NCBI GenBank assembly: GCA_025558095.1
Contig: JAIVFI010000024.1
Location: forward strand, 62,001-126,000
DNA length: 64,000 nt
Source of the DNA: Hyaloraphidium curvatum SAG 235-1
Taxonomy: Eukaryota > Fungi > Monoblepharomycota
Direction of reading: 5' to 3'
Shown here one piece after another: positions 1 to 12,290 of the stretch. A program made the translations under genes and the position numbers. Below the pieces are notes generated by a model. It was given only the letters and a program-made list of their open reading frames with translations, was not told the origin of the DNA and made no database searches. How positions within the stretch are numbered: the stretch's first letter is position 1; every line of letters starts with the position of its first letter.

Positions 1-622
1 TCGGGCATCGACAGGGAATACGAACTCCCGGACGGCACGGTGATCACAGTCGGCAACGAGCGATTCCGGGCGCCGGAGGTAAGCTCAGCGGCGGGCACTA
101 GCCCGTACGGCCCAGGATTGCCTTTATGATCCGCGCCGAACGAATGTCCTGGCCATACCAGATACTGTTCAACCCCGCCCTCGCAGGCAAAGAAGGCATG
201 GGAATTTCGCAGCTAATCTACACCAGCATCCAGAAGTGCGACGAAAGCATCCGCAAGGACCTCTACGAGAACGTTGTCCTGGCTGGCGGCTCTACGAGTG
301 GGATCAACCTGCAGCGCACTCGCTTTGAGAGCTGACACGCTCATTGCCAGTGTTTCCCGGCTTGGTCGAGCGTTTGCAGAAGGAGATCAGGGCACTGGTG
401 ACCCCGAACACTAGGGTCACGATCATCGCCCCCCCCGATCGCGCTTACAACACTTGGATAGGTGATGGTCACGACCGTACTCACCCACAATTCGGCTCTC
501 TGATCTGTTCTGTTGTAGGTGGTTCCAGCCTCGCGACGCTCTATACGTTTCGCGATATGATGATAACGAAGCCGGAGTACGAAGCATCGGGGCCGAAGGT
601 CGTGCACACGAAGTGCTTCTAG
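1..622 (+). CDS. Actin/actin-related protein, 3' part (5' end outside window; 3 introns)
   Basis: Spliced translation gives [20 protein letters not shown]|ILFNP...[23 protein letters not shown]|MFPG...[14 protein letters not shown]|GS...[19 protein letters not shown] introns lie at 79-161, 298-350 and about 462-518. It is divergent from conventional actin. Confidence 0.9.
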
Positions 623-990
623 GAACCTTAAGATCATAATTGGCGACTTGGTGAAGCAGAGGTGAAGCGGAGTAGTCAATTTCGGTGGGAAAGTGTCAAG
701 ATGAAGCAAACTGGCGGTTTTTCCGTCTGCTGCCGCGCTGCTGCAGACCCCGGAACAAAGCGCCCGCGCCCGGCGCGGCGAACCGCGCAAAATGCAGCCC
801 GCCTCGGCCCGCCTGCTGCCACTTGGCGCCCTAGTGCGTCTGCGGCTGGGTGTGTTCGCCGTGTGGGCGCCGAACGCGCGGGGCGTCGAGCTCCGGAAGG
901 CGTGCGTCAACCAGGGACGAGCAGCGACTGCACGCAAACTCCGTCGCGCAGCTCAGCCGCAAGCACGCGTGGCGCCTCTCGGCCTGCGCG

Positions 991-2064
991 ATGACGGCGG
1001 ATGCCGGCGGGCCGTACTCGTGCGAGCGCGGGGCGGTGCTGCGGTTGGATGCGTCGCGGTCGAGGGGGGACATCGGGGCGTACGAGTGGGGCTTCGAGGC
1101 GGCGCCGCCCGAGCGGCCGCCGGGGCCGTACGATCCCGAGATGGACCCGCCGCGGGCGGACGCGAAGAAGACGGCGTCGAGCGCGGGGGGTGCGTCGGTC
1201 GTCGTCTGCATGGATGTGATGGTGCGGGTCACCGTGACCTCCAAGTCTGGGGACGCCAAGCGGTCGTCGGAGCCGGTGCGGATCGCGTGCATCCCCCGCA
1301 CCGTCAAGCCCGCGGACGTCTCCAAAACGGACGAGATCAAAAAGGCCAACCTCCCCCTGTTCCCTGGGCAGTTCGATTTGGGCCGCAACGTCTGCGCCCT
1401 GGACGACGGCCCCGTCGGGAAGGACGAGGCGCAGCACTACTACCACCGCCCGCCCGGCTTGCAATCGTGGCTCGATGTCGGGTACCGCGTGCAGCAGGTC
1501 GACGATTCCGTAGGGGGGCCGGGGCCCTTCCACGGGTTCTGGCTCGTCTGGCTGCCGCATACGCTCCCGATCTGCCGGCAGCGCGCCGTCAACAGGAAGC
1601 TGTACCCCAAGGACCCCGAGGGCGTGTACCAGCACAACGAGCAGAGGAAGCAGCCGCGGCCGCCGCCCAAGAAGGGCTCGGACGCGCCGCATCCGTACGT
1701 GTGCGGCATGGGCAGGTTCGCGGCGAGCGTCGCGGCGCACGAGGGCAAGCACACGGAGCTGATCCTGGAATCCGCACGCCGGGAATTCGCCCGCGTCGAG
1801 CAGCGCCGAGGACCGGTGGACCCCGCGGGGCGGATCGAGGGGCTCTGCTTCGCGGACCGCGCGAAGCTGGTGACGGGGGCCGACGTCGAGATCCTTTACT
1901 CGGACGAGGAGGTTGGCAAGGCCACCTCGGGGAAGGAGGCCGAGGAGCGGATCCACGAGATGCTGGTCGCCGACGGGTTCGACGACTACGCAATCGTCTA
2001 CCTGCCGGATGGGAAGGGGGGCTGGGCGACGAAGGAGGGGGTGCTGGGCAAGTTCGGAGACTGA
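991..2064 (+). CDS. Uncharacterised protein with a PKD-like N-terminal module and an HExxH motif
   Basis: Uninterrupted ORF with high GC3. It contains ADAGGPYSCERGAVLRLDASRSRGDIGAYEWGF (PKD-like signature) and AHEGKH. The start may lie further upstream. Confidence 0.65.
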   Translation: MTADAGGPYSCERGAVLRLDASRSRGDIGAYEWGFEAAPPERPPGPYDPEMDPPRADAKKTASSAGGASVVVCMDVMVRVTVTSKSGDAKRSSEPVRIACIPRTVKPADVSKTDEIKKANLPLFPGQFDLGRNVCALDDGPVGKDEAQHYYHRPPGLQSWLDVGYRVQQVDDSVGGPGPFHGFWLVWLPHTLPICRQRAVNRKLYPKDPEGVYQHNEQRKQPRPPPKKGSDAPHPYVCGMGRFAASVAAHEGKHTELILESARREFARVEQRRGPVDPAGRIEGLCFADRAKLVTGADVEILYSDEEVGKATSGKEAEERIHEMLVADGFDDYAIVYLPDGKGGWATKEGVLGKFGD

Positions 2065-2364
2065 GAATCCGCGGTGGGGGGATCAGTCTCCCGCTCCCAT
2101 CATTGAATGGAAGCCGCAGAGACATTTGCATGCCCTTATCTTGCAATCCGTTGTAAAGAAATCGATGGCGCGAGCGGCAGTGGGAAGCCGCCTGATAGCG
2201 GTTCCGCACGGCCACCCCAACTCAGCGCCGGATTCTCGCCCCGCTGCCCCGGCAGCCCCGCGGCGGGGCCTCCGATGACGCCGCCTTTCTTCGGCGGCTC
2301 CAGCCGTCCACCGGCCGCGGGGATCTGGATCACCCGCCAATCGGCGTAGCGGGGAAACGGCGGC

Positions 2365-5300
2365 ATGAGCCAGCCGCGCGGGTCGCTCTCTGCGGCGTCC
2401 GACGCGGCGTCGTCGGCCACGGCGGGCGAGCCCGGCTGGGAGCACCGCCGCACGCCGTCGGGCGCGTCGGGCGCGTCGGCGGCGACCGCGGCGCAGAAGC
2501 CGCGGAAGGTCAGCGGGCAGCGGTGGACGTTCGGGCAGGCCGTGCGGAACCTGGGCAGGCCGGCGCAGCCGCCGAAGGAGCTGGACGCAAATGGGGGGCT
2601 GAACGGCCAGGGAGGCGCTGGGCTGGCTGCCGGGGGCATTGCGCCGGGATATGCCAGGCAGTCAGGACAGGCAGCGGACCCGGCCAACGGCGCCCCGGCA
2701 AATGCCTCGATAAGCTCGGGCACCACGGCATATGGCGGCCTGCCGCGGGCAGACACCGCCGCCTCGGCCGCGTCGGGGCTCTCGGCCGCGTCGGGCCGCT
2801 CCCCGGCCCTCTCCGAGTCGGGCCGTTCCTGGAACTCGCGCTCCTCGGTGTCTTCCTCGCCCGCCCCGTCTTCCGCCGCCGACGAGATCCAGGTGCAGCG
2901 GGCACCGAGGACATCGTACCCGATGACCAGGGATTTCATGGAGTCGATGCTCTCGTCGATGCCCGCGGGCGCGGACCCGGACCTGCAGATGCAGATGCTG
3001 GAGCTGCAGCCGCAGCCCTCCCAGGCCTCCATGATGTCGCCCGACAGCCTGTTTTCCACCACGCCTTTCGCCTCCCCGCCGTCTTCCACACCGTCGCACT
3101 CTCGCAACATGACTCCGATGGGACAGACCATCGGCATACCCCCCCCTCCGGTCGGCATACCCCCTCCTTCGACCTCCCTATCCGCCCCCCTCCCCTCCGG
3201 CCACCAACCCTCCCCCATTTCCACCCACTCCTCCCCCCTCACAACCCGCACCTCGGACGCCTCCCCCACCAGCGACCTCCGCACCCGCCTGGCGCAGGTC
3301 GACCCCAGCACGGACCCGCTCTTCCTCCGCCTGGCCTCGCAGGCCCGCGCACCCCCCAAGGGCTCCTCAACCGGCCGCACCTCCACCGAATCCGACGGCC
3401 CCGCCGCGGGTGGAGAGCCGTACCCCCTCGACCCGTCGTACGACCCCAAGGCGCTCCGGGCGAGCGGCGAGACCCGCAAGCGCGCGCAGGCGTTCCGGAC
3501 CTACATGGAACGGCGGTACGCGCTGATGGGGGAGATGCTGGCGGCGGCGGGGGCGGAAGGGGAGGGCAACCCGTGGGATCTGGTGGACGTGGTGCGGTGG
3601 AGGGAGACCAAGAGCAGGGCGCCGCGCAACATGCACCGGCTCAAGTGGGTTCCGACGGTCGGGTCGTCGCTCCGGGCGTTGTGATGACCATCCACGACGG
3701 CAGACACTACGAGAAGCGGCTCAACACGACGCAGGAGATCTCGGACTGGTGGCACGCCAGGCTCGCGCAGCGGTACCTCGAGGCCCAGCGAGCCGCCGCC
3801 CCCCCACCTCCCGCGCCGGAGCCCGCGCCCGCCCCCGCTGCACCTCCTCCCGCGGTCTCTATCTCGGCCCCGTTGCCGATCATGGAAGACCAGGTGCTCG
3901 TGCCCATTTCGGTCTCCACCAGCGGCAGGACCCCCGGCAATCCGCCCTCGGTCACCAGCGACGGCTCCCCCAGCAAATCCGCTTCCCGCTCCTCGCCTCT
4001 CAAGGATTCTCCCCTGCGTGCCCCTTCTCCCACCCGCGGCGACGCTCCGGCCGCCAGCCCCTCGCCGATCCGCACCGCCGGCGCGCTGTCCCACGCCTCG
4101 CACTCGCCCGAGAGGTCGGCCCGCCGATCGCAGGAATCCGGGCGGTCCTCGCCCACGAGGCCGCCGCACTCGGCGGGACGGTCGAGCCCGACGAGGGAGG
4201 ACAGGGACGATTCGCTGCTGAAGCGGTTCCTCGCCTCGGCGGCCGCGCGGCCGGAACCCATCCAGGCGGCGATCGCCGGCAAGCCCGCGACGGAACCCAG
4301 GCACCGCCGCAACTTTTCCCGCGGCTCGGAACCCGCGGAGCCCCCCGAGCCGCGTCCCGGAAGGATCGACCAGCGGCTGCACTCGTGGGCGCCCGAGAAT
4401 CCGGCGTCGCCGCCCAAGCCGCCGGCGAGGCGGTCGTTCGAGGACGACGACCCCGACCGGCCGCGGCCGATGGACCTGATGGACGGGCTGAACAATTTCG
4501 GGAGGGCGGGGAAGAAGGTCATGGCATCGCTGGGGTTCTCGAGGGCGCTGCAGCGCCGCCCGCGCGAGCGGGAGGAGGACGAGCCCGAGGCCGAGGGCAG
4601 GCGGTCCCTGGATTCGGCGCGGCCCGACACGCTGCGTCCCCCGAAGGTCAGCAAATCCTCCCCCTCGGGCGGGCTGGCGCCCAGCCCCGCCAAGGGCGAC
4701 CGCAGGGCCGGCACCCCGCAGCCGCCGCCGGGCACGCGCTCCATGCCGCTGCAGAACCTCCTCCGCACGGGGACGCCGGTGCCGTCCTCGCGCCCCGTCA
4801 GGCGCGCGCTGCAGGTGAACGAATTCGATTTGCTGCCCGAGGAAGAGGAGCCGGTGCTGGGGCTGCGGGAGCTGGAGGAGGAGCAGGCGAGGTGGAGGGA
4901 TCCGCTGAGGAGGGGCGAGTCGGGGAAGGAGTTTCCCACCGTGAGGAAGGTCGGGAGGCAGAGAAGCTCGAGCTTGGACGGGCTCGAGTACGAGCAGGCG
5001 GAGCGGATGCTAGCCAATTCCAAGAAGGGGACGGGCGGGTTCCTGGTGGGTTGGTTGCGGTCGACCTTGTGGCACCTTCCTGATGTTCACGTCCTCCCAG
5101 GGCATTCTCAGCAAGGCCAACCCCCTCGTTCCCGCCGCCGCCGCCATCAACACCCTTTCCCGCCTCGGCCGCGCCTCGCCCGAACCCTTCCGCGGCCCGA
5201 CACCGTCGCCCGAGAACCCCCGCGCGACCGAGCTCTGGCCTGCAATGGAAGCCCCCGAACACCCCTTCGAGATCCCGTCCCCGGAGCCCGAGCCCGGCCT

Positions 5301-6475
5301 GCTCGTCGACATCCCGATCGAGCCCCCGCGGACGTACACGCCGGCGCTGCCTTGGAGCCCCAGAGACCTGGAGGAGCTGCGCACCGTCGTGGCCAAGCAG
5401 GGCTCGCTGCTGCTCGACGCGGGGATCCTGGACCTCGTCGCGGACGGCAAGCCGGCGGTGAGGGAAAAGGTCAGGGCAATGGCGCAGGACATCGAGGCGC
5501 TGTGGACGCAGGCGCAGCGGGTGCAAGAGAAGACGGAGGTGGGCTCCTATCGCACAGCGATTCTGGCTTCTGCTCACGGACTCTGTTGGCCTGCAGGCGC
5601 TCGCCGCGCTGTCGAAGGAGGCCGAAGAGCTTCTTGCCCGGGCGATCGCCGAGGTGGAGCTTCCTCCCGAGGATTTTTCGAGCCGGCGGCAGCGCGCATC
5701 GTCGGCCACCTCGCTGGACGGCGCCGCTCTCGCCGCCGCGCTGGGCCCGCGGATCGCCTCGTACGGATCCATCACTTCCTTCGGGGACCGCGCCGGCATC
5801 GCGCCCAACAGCCGTCCCGAGTCTCCGGCGCGCTCGTTGCCCGGTTTGGCCGGGCTGGGCGCCTTCCCGGCCTTGCGCCCCTCAGAGTCGGCTCCGCAGA
5901 GCCCTGTGGACCGCCAGATACCTGTGCTGCCTGCAGCTCCCCCCGAACCCGTAACGCCGGAGCTCCTCGCCGACGCCGTCGCGCGTTCCGCCCTTCGGTC
6001 GGACAGATTGCGGGACCTGGCCCTCGCGAGCGGCGGCGCGCTGCTCCCGCGCGCGCTGGCGGTGCAGAAACAGTACCACGACCTGGACCTCGCCCAACGC
6101 AACCTTTCGCAGCGGATTCAGACCTGGTCGGACGAGGTCACCTCGTCGTGGCTCCCCGCGCTCGGCGCGGCCGAGGAGGAGCTGGAGCGGCTCGAGCGCG
6201 GGCGGAGGGGCGGGCGGAGCTGGGAGGAGGCGGGGTTCCTTGTGCTCTCGTGGGTGCTGGCGATGCTGGGGAACGCGATCTGGGCGGGATACCACGCGCA
6301 GCAGTCGGGGAGGAGGGCGATGAGGGGGGCAGCGGCGGCCGGGTACAGGATGCTGCGGAGGGTGGGTGTGGCGGGGCTGGTGGAAGGGTTCGCGGAGGCG
6401 TGCGCGGCGGCGAACGCGAGGGCAGCGGACGAGCTGGGGAACGTGCTCGAACTGCCCGGGCGGTTCCAGGACTGA
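2365..6475 (+). CDS. Large Ser/Pro-rich protein with a C-terminal membrane segment, possibly Mtc4-like (multi-exon)
   Basis: Assembled from ORFs 2365-3684, the 2523 frame (about 3730-5030), 5083- and 5654-6475, joined by GT-AG introns. It has a conserved-looking block RAQAFRTYMERRY...WDLVDVVRWR, a coiled coil, then EEAGFLVLSWVLAMLGNAIW, reminiscent of fungal Mtc4. Confidence 0.55.
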
Positions 6476-6572
6476 GCGGTGCTGCGTCAAGGGAGGCGAC
6501 GCCAGGGATGTCGCAAGAGCGTGCTATTCAAGCAAAATGTAATCAGGGCGAACGTGGGCACGGATACCCGGA

Positions 6573-7669
6573 TCACAACCTCCCCTTGCCCGCCGTTTTC
6601 TCGTCCTCCTGCTTCCAGAACTCGGCCGCTAAACCATAAGCTCGCATCGCCCCCGCGTAGACGTTCGGATCCGCAAAGTCACCCCTCGCCGAGGCGAACC
6701 CGTGGATCTGGTCTGCAAAGAACTCGTACGCCGCGTGCGGGACGTTCTTGTTTGCCTGCAGCGTCGCAAACACGTCCTTGTACTCGGGGTCGTTGCTGGC
6801 GGGCATCAGCATCACGCCCGACTTGCACTGGCTCGCGAGCTGGTTGGTCAGCCAGGCGGGGTGGAAGAGCGCGCAGCCGCCGGCCTCGGGGATCTGGGCC
6901 GAGAACTTGAGCCCCGTCTGCGACCCCCAGGGGCACGGTGAGCTTCATCGTCGCGGGGCGCCCTCCACGAACGCACCAGGCCCCCATAGCAGAACCCCGC
7001 GTAGTGCACCTTCTTGGCCCCCAACCCCTTGAGCATGTCCACCACCTTGCGGCAGTCGTCCCCGACTTGGGACTCCCAGTTGCCAGGGCCCACGCGGCCG
7101 ACCCACGGGCCCTTGCCGCTCTCCTCGTGCGCCCACTTGGTCATCCCAGGCAGCCCGCCGAGCTCCTCCATCGAATCGGCGGTCCTGCATAATAGAAGGA
7201 GGGTCCATGAACTCGTCTCGCCAACAAGGAGGGAATACGCACCACGGCTGCCCGCGGAAGAAGTCGGGCGACACGCAGACCCAACCCGTGAGGTCCGCAA
7301 ACACATCGCAGGCCTGGAAGGCGTTCGGGTGTCCCCACTGGGGGCCGATGGCGGTAATCGGCGGAGAGCGGGGCAATCAGTGTGCGGACTACGCGGCGGG
7401 GGAGGCACGGCCGGGAGACACCGCTCCCAACAGCCGACACCCACCCCGATCACGTCGTAGCACGAAAGCACCGCCCTGCTCGCGTCCCTGACCCCGCCGG
7501 CGGGCTCGCTGACGTACACTTGAAGCGGGGGCGACGCGCCCGGCACGTCGACAATCTTCCCGCGGCGCCTGTACTCCGAGGGCTTGATGAGCCGGACCGA
7601 CGCCGCGGAGCAGCACGATGCGGAGATCTGCGGCGCGTCGTCGTCGTGCGATGCCGCGGGAGGGGACAT
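6573..7669 (-). CDS. Dienelactone hydrolase family protein (multi-exon)
   Basis: Motifs YDVIG, VSPDFFRGQPW, nucleophile G-F-C-Y-G-G, FHPA and C-terminal QIHGFASARGD. Confidence 0.88.
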
Positions 7670-7791
7670 GTTGCGGTGCGGATCTCGGAGGAAACGGTTC
7701 GGCCGGCGGAGCCACGGGCCGCCTGGCTACATCGATCGAATAAACTCTCCGCAAGCGTCAATTGCGCGTGTTCTGGCATTTCCGGCCGCAA

Positions 7792-9332
7792 TCAGATGCA
7801 AAATGCGATGCTCAAGATTGAATCTCCACGGAGCACCCGTCCTAAGCTCTCGTCCACGCGATGCCCCCGCTTCATGTCCCCCTCTACGTCGCCCGGCAGC
7901 CGTTCAATAAAACTGACACCCGGCTCCGATGAAATGACTACCTCTGCACCGCGATCGCTCAGAGTCGGGAGCATCGTCGAAGCGGTCGTCGACCTGGTCC
8001 GGTCCTTGGGTTTTGGGTGATCACCGCACCGCCCGTCGACGAATAGCGAGTTCCACGGTTTCGGGCACTGCCGGCCCGTCGGAAGGAGGCTGTCGCAAAA
8101 TCGAGGGTTGTACACGAGTCGAGGACGTCCGCGGGGTTCAAACTTCGGTTCGACTGCAGTTACCCGCGGTGCCTGTCCGTCGTTCAGCTTGCGCTTCAGG
8201 TTCCTGTTCCGCTCCTCCTCGACCTGATTGCTGGCTTCCACAGCCTCGCGCTCCCGTGTCATAATGTTCTCCAGATCCGGGTCTTCGCAATCGTACGTGG
8301 GCACCTGCGGCGCCACCTTCGCACGTGCCTCGCCGGCGGCGTCCACCTCGACCTCGTCAGCATGCGGGAACTTGGCCAGCCAGACCATCATGTCGTGATC
8401 TAGGATGATTTGGCCGAGGAGCTGCTTGCAGTGCGGGCAATTCCATTCGTTTTTGGGTTTAGTGAGGTCGACCTTGCTAAGCAGAACCTGCCGAATGGAA
8501 TTTATAGATGGCGATGGAGAAATCGGAGCGAACCCACGTTCAGTTCGATGCATTCCCGGTGGGTGCAATTGGATCCGCGGGCCGGCGTACGAAGCTTCGC
8601 CCGACTCAGGACGGAGCGCAGCGAGACCGTCCGCGACAGCACCTCGACCTCCTCCACCGCGAAATCCTCCGTTCCGTCAACTAGCACAGGCGTGACAGCA
8701 GGTTCGGATTGTCCGGCTTGAGCATGATCTCGATCGCCCGCCCGCGCTGAAGCATCCGTGCCGGACTCGCTCTGCCCTTCCGCGAGATCTTTCTGATCGT
8801 CGACCTGCTGATCTGCCCCGCACCTGACATCCGACCCAAGACAGAACTGCGCATACGCGTTGCCTTGGTGAGCCGCTTTCTGGTACCATAAGCGGGCCTG
8901 CTCGAGGTCCACGTCTTCGACGCCACGGCCGCTCTCGTAGCAATCTCCCAGGGAACACTGCGCCGACGCGTCACCCTGCTCGGCCACCTCGCGGTACCAT
9001 CGGACAGCCGCGACGTGGTCCACAGTGATGCCCCAGCCGAACTCGTAGCAATGTCCAAGGGTAAACTGCGCAGGCACGTAGCCTTGCTCGGCCGCTCGGC
9101 GATACAGGCTGAACGCCTTCCCCATTTCCAGCAAGACGCTCATCTCATGCAACATTCCGAGGCAATGCTTCGCCAACTCGTGGCCTTGATCGGCAGCCCT
9201 GCAGTACCATCGCACTGCCTCTCCGTGGTGCTCGACGACACCGCGGCCAAATTCGTAGCACTCTCCGAGGAGATGCTGCGACACTGGGTCGCCCAGGTTG
9301 GCATCATCACGGTAGCTTGCAGCGGTCGCCAT
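7792..9332 (-). CDS. Sel1-repeat protein fused to an SP-RING (MIZ-type) finger and a C-terminal C3H finger-like motif
   Basis: Four full Sel1 repeats plus a partial one (AQFTLGHCYEFGWGITVDHVAAVRWYREVAEQG). Then VSLRSVLSRAKLRTPARGSNCTHRECIELN, an intron at 8537-8488, and ...EWNCPHC...IILDHDM. The start and 3' end are approximate. Confidence 0.75.
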
Positions 9333-9643
9333 GGACACGAAGCTCTTGCGGCTGAGGACCAGGCGTGTGAAGGAGCGTCCAACCGGTGAGTCATCGCTCC
9401 GAAGCGCGCGACTCGCGGACATGCTATGTCCCCAAGCTCCCGTCTTTAGCAAACTCGGCCGTAATGCAACCGGTCAGCATAGCTGTCCGTTTGGTGATCT
9501 GATCCTCCTCGCTGTAGATGCCGACCGCGAATCTCTCGGAATGCCACTCGCTGCCCGAAGCTTCCCTTCCACTCATTCAACGGGTTCTCAACAGAGTACC
9601 GCAAGCACCCGTTCTGCCTTCGAATCATCTAGTTTCTGTAATC

Positions 9644-9674
9644 GCAATAGTCGTGCAATAGTCGTGCAATAGTC
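9644..9674. repeat. 11-bp tandem repeat (GCAATAGTCGT) x about 2.8
   Basis: Read directly from the intergenic sequence. Confidence 0.8.
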
Positions 9675-9736
9675 CTCCGTGTCGAGCACAGCCGCCATCC
9701 ACGCTCCCAGCAAACCCCCAGCCTCCTCCTCCTGCC

Positions 9737-12012
9737 CTAGATCGAGAACGACCTCGCCCTCCTCACCAGCACCGCATTCGTCTCCCCCGGCACCGAGCTG
9801 AACCCCGGCACGTCGAACACGTGCGCCCCCGGCGCGTGCCCGCCGGCGTAGTAGTCGTCCGGGGTCTTGCCCCCGCCGGGGAGCCGCGAGCCGCCGTAGC
9901 AGAGGTAGTTGGCCACGGCGTCGGTCAGCGCGGCCCGGCCTGGGCAAGAAACGGGGTCAGCGGGCGTGCGATCGGGCTGCACGGCGGGTAAACTCACCGG
10001 TGGCCTCGGACAGCGCGTTGACCAGCTCGTCCGGCGTCGAGTTCGGGTCCGCCGCGGCCGCCACCGCCTCGGCGCGTTCCTCGATCCTGTTCAGCAGGTC
10101 CAGCATCGCGGGCTGGAACGCCGCCGATCCCAGCACCTGGGTGCCAAAGAGCACCTTGCGCTTGGCCCTCGAATCAGGGCCGCGCGACACCTCCTCCTCG
10201 TCCACCCCGAGGATCATCGAGTCGTCCGAATGGTGGCCCCATTCCGCCACCGGCTTGGTGCACACCATGTCCGAGTCGGACGCGATGCCCCCGAGGAGGC
10301 CGACCGAGAGGTACCGGTGGATGTCGAGCCTCTGCTCGGGGATCAGCTTCGCCCAGACGTCCGACAGGCCCGGCAGCAGCAGGTCCACCATCCGCTTCGC
10401 GTCCTCCCGCGAATGGATGGTGACCTGGTGGAACGGGTTCTCAAGAGCCCAGGAGCGCACGGCGCCCCTGGCGAGGGGGGGCACCTCGTCGCGCTTCGGG
10501 AGGGCGAAGAAGACGGCGTTGGGAATGTTGGTCTGGTGCGAGGCGAGGAGGTAGAAGTGGGCGTACTTGTGGTACCCCTTGTCGTACTTGGCGTCCACGT
10601 CGTAGCCCAAGGAGCGGGCCCGGTCGAGGCACAGCCGCGCCGCGCGGGCTTCGTCGGGCGGGGGTTTCCATTCCTGTGCTTTTGGCGGTTTGTTGTCGCG
10701 CTTCCGGAACGTGAGGAGCTTCTGCCTCAGCAGCTTCCCCGCGTGCTCCACGAGCCTTCGGTCCTTGGCGGCCCAGGTGCCGCGGCCGCCGGGGGCCATG
10801 CTCAGGTGGAAGAAGGCCTTGGCCACGCGCTCGACCTTGGCGGCGCCGGGGAAGTGGAGGGAGAAGGAGGCAAAAGAGCGGTCGCAGTTGTCGTAGGCGT
10901 GGAAGTCGCGCCAGTCTGCGAGGTGGATCCGCTCGTTCCACTCGGGAGACGCGTGGATCGACTCGAGCGAGGTCTGGTCCGGGTTCTCAATGTCCTTGAA
11001 GGCCTCGTACGAACCCGCCCAGGTGTCCAGGAAACCCCGCCCGTCGGGCCCGTTGCGCAGCAGCAGGAAACCCGAGCGGATCACGGGGTTGGTGTTGTTC
11101 CTGCCCAACTCGACCCGCACGGTGCACTCGGCCACCGAGATGATGTCCCTGTTGACCATAAAGTCCTGCAGCGGCCGCGAGTGGTCGATGATGAGCACGT
11201 CAATGTCGGTGTAGAGCACCCAGTCGTAGCCCTTGTCGAGGTACGAGCGCACGAGGTCCATCTTTGCCCAGTAGGCCTGGCGACCCTTGCCCGGCGGCAT
11301 GGTGCTGAAGTGGAACGCGTAGCCCCACCGCTCGGCGTAGCTCCTCATGGAGTGCGCCGTCAGGGGCTCCAGCGAGCGCTGGGAGGGGCGAGAACGGGCG
11401 AAAAGGGCGGGAGGCGGTCAGGATCAGGCACGCGCCGATTCGGGGTCCACCCACGTAGTCCGACATGGCCACGTAGCCCGCCTCCTCGGCCTCGGCCATG
11501 AACGTGACGATAGCAATTTTGCCGTTCCGCGTGTACTGCGCCCCGACGTTTTCGAGCGGCGGCAGCTGCGGGGGCGCCATTGCCAGCACCGCGGCGTTCA
11601 GTTCCAACCCCCCCGCGGCGACATCGGCCGGCTCCTCACGCCAGAGCGGCGGCGCTGGCGGCCGGCCGGGCCTGCGCTGGCCATGTCCCCAGAATCCCCA
11701 GAGAACAAACAGCGCCGCGGCGCCGGCGAGCACGGCGAGCAGCTTCCGCCGCGGCGCCTCGAGGCAGAACCGCTGCAGCGCCTTGCGGGCCCGCTCCGAC
11801 GGCGCCGGCCCGCGCGGCCGGTCGAGCGGCAGCGCCAGCGTGCCTCCCGCCGCCAGAAGCGGCCAACTGTCGAAGGGGGGGGGGCAATGGCTCAGAGCGC
11901 CCAGCCAGGGAGGGAAGTGCCTTTGCCTGCTGCGCTCGTCGGCCAGTCGGCCCCGATGAAAAAAAGGACGCAGACTCCAAAACTGGACGAAATAGCAGGT
12001 CGGGAAGGACAT
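9737..12012 (-). CDS. Type II membrane bifunctional glycosyltransferase: GT34 (GMA12/MNN10-like) plus GT32 (Och1-like)
   Basis: TM segment LLAVLAGAAALFVLWGFW. GT34 motifs AYWAKMDLV...DWVLYTDIDVLI, RSGFLLLRN and DQTSL. GT32 motifs RSWALENP, RLDIHRYL..LLGGIASDSD and KPVAEW. Introns lie near 11360-11455 and 9945-9997. The start is uncertain. Confidence 0.8.
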
Positions 12013-12290
12013 CTGCGTTGTAATGAGTCCGGTGATGGCAAACAGAGCCGGTGGTACGGCTTTGCGCCTGCCCAGCACGCCTTGCTAGAACCTTAGGCCG
12101 AACAGCCACGGAGTGCACAAGAGGACCCCCATCGATGCAAAGCAAGGTCGATCCAAAAGACGGATTGATAACACTAAAAGCGTCAGCCTAGATTTTGCGA
12201 CCTTTTCCGAGGCCCGCAGGCCATCCTCTCTCCCTCCAACGCGCCACGTGAAACCTCCGATCCAACCTCCAATCTTGCAGCCCGAAGGCA

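Noticed and set aside
846-900. GVFAVWAPNARGVEL in ORF 792-2156 resembles the CBM48/GlgB N-terminal motif FAVWAPNA
   Set aside because: The match is only about 10 residues, and the rest of that frame is Arg/Gly-rich shadow sequence with no branching-enzyme continuation.
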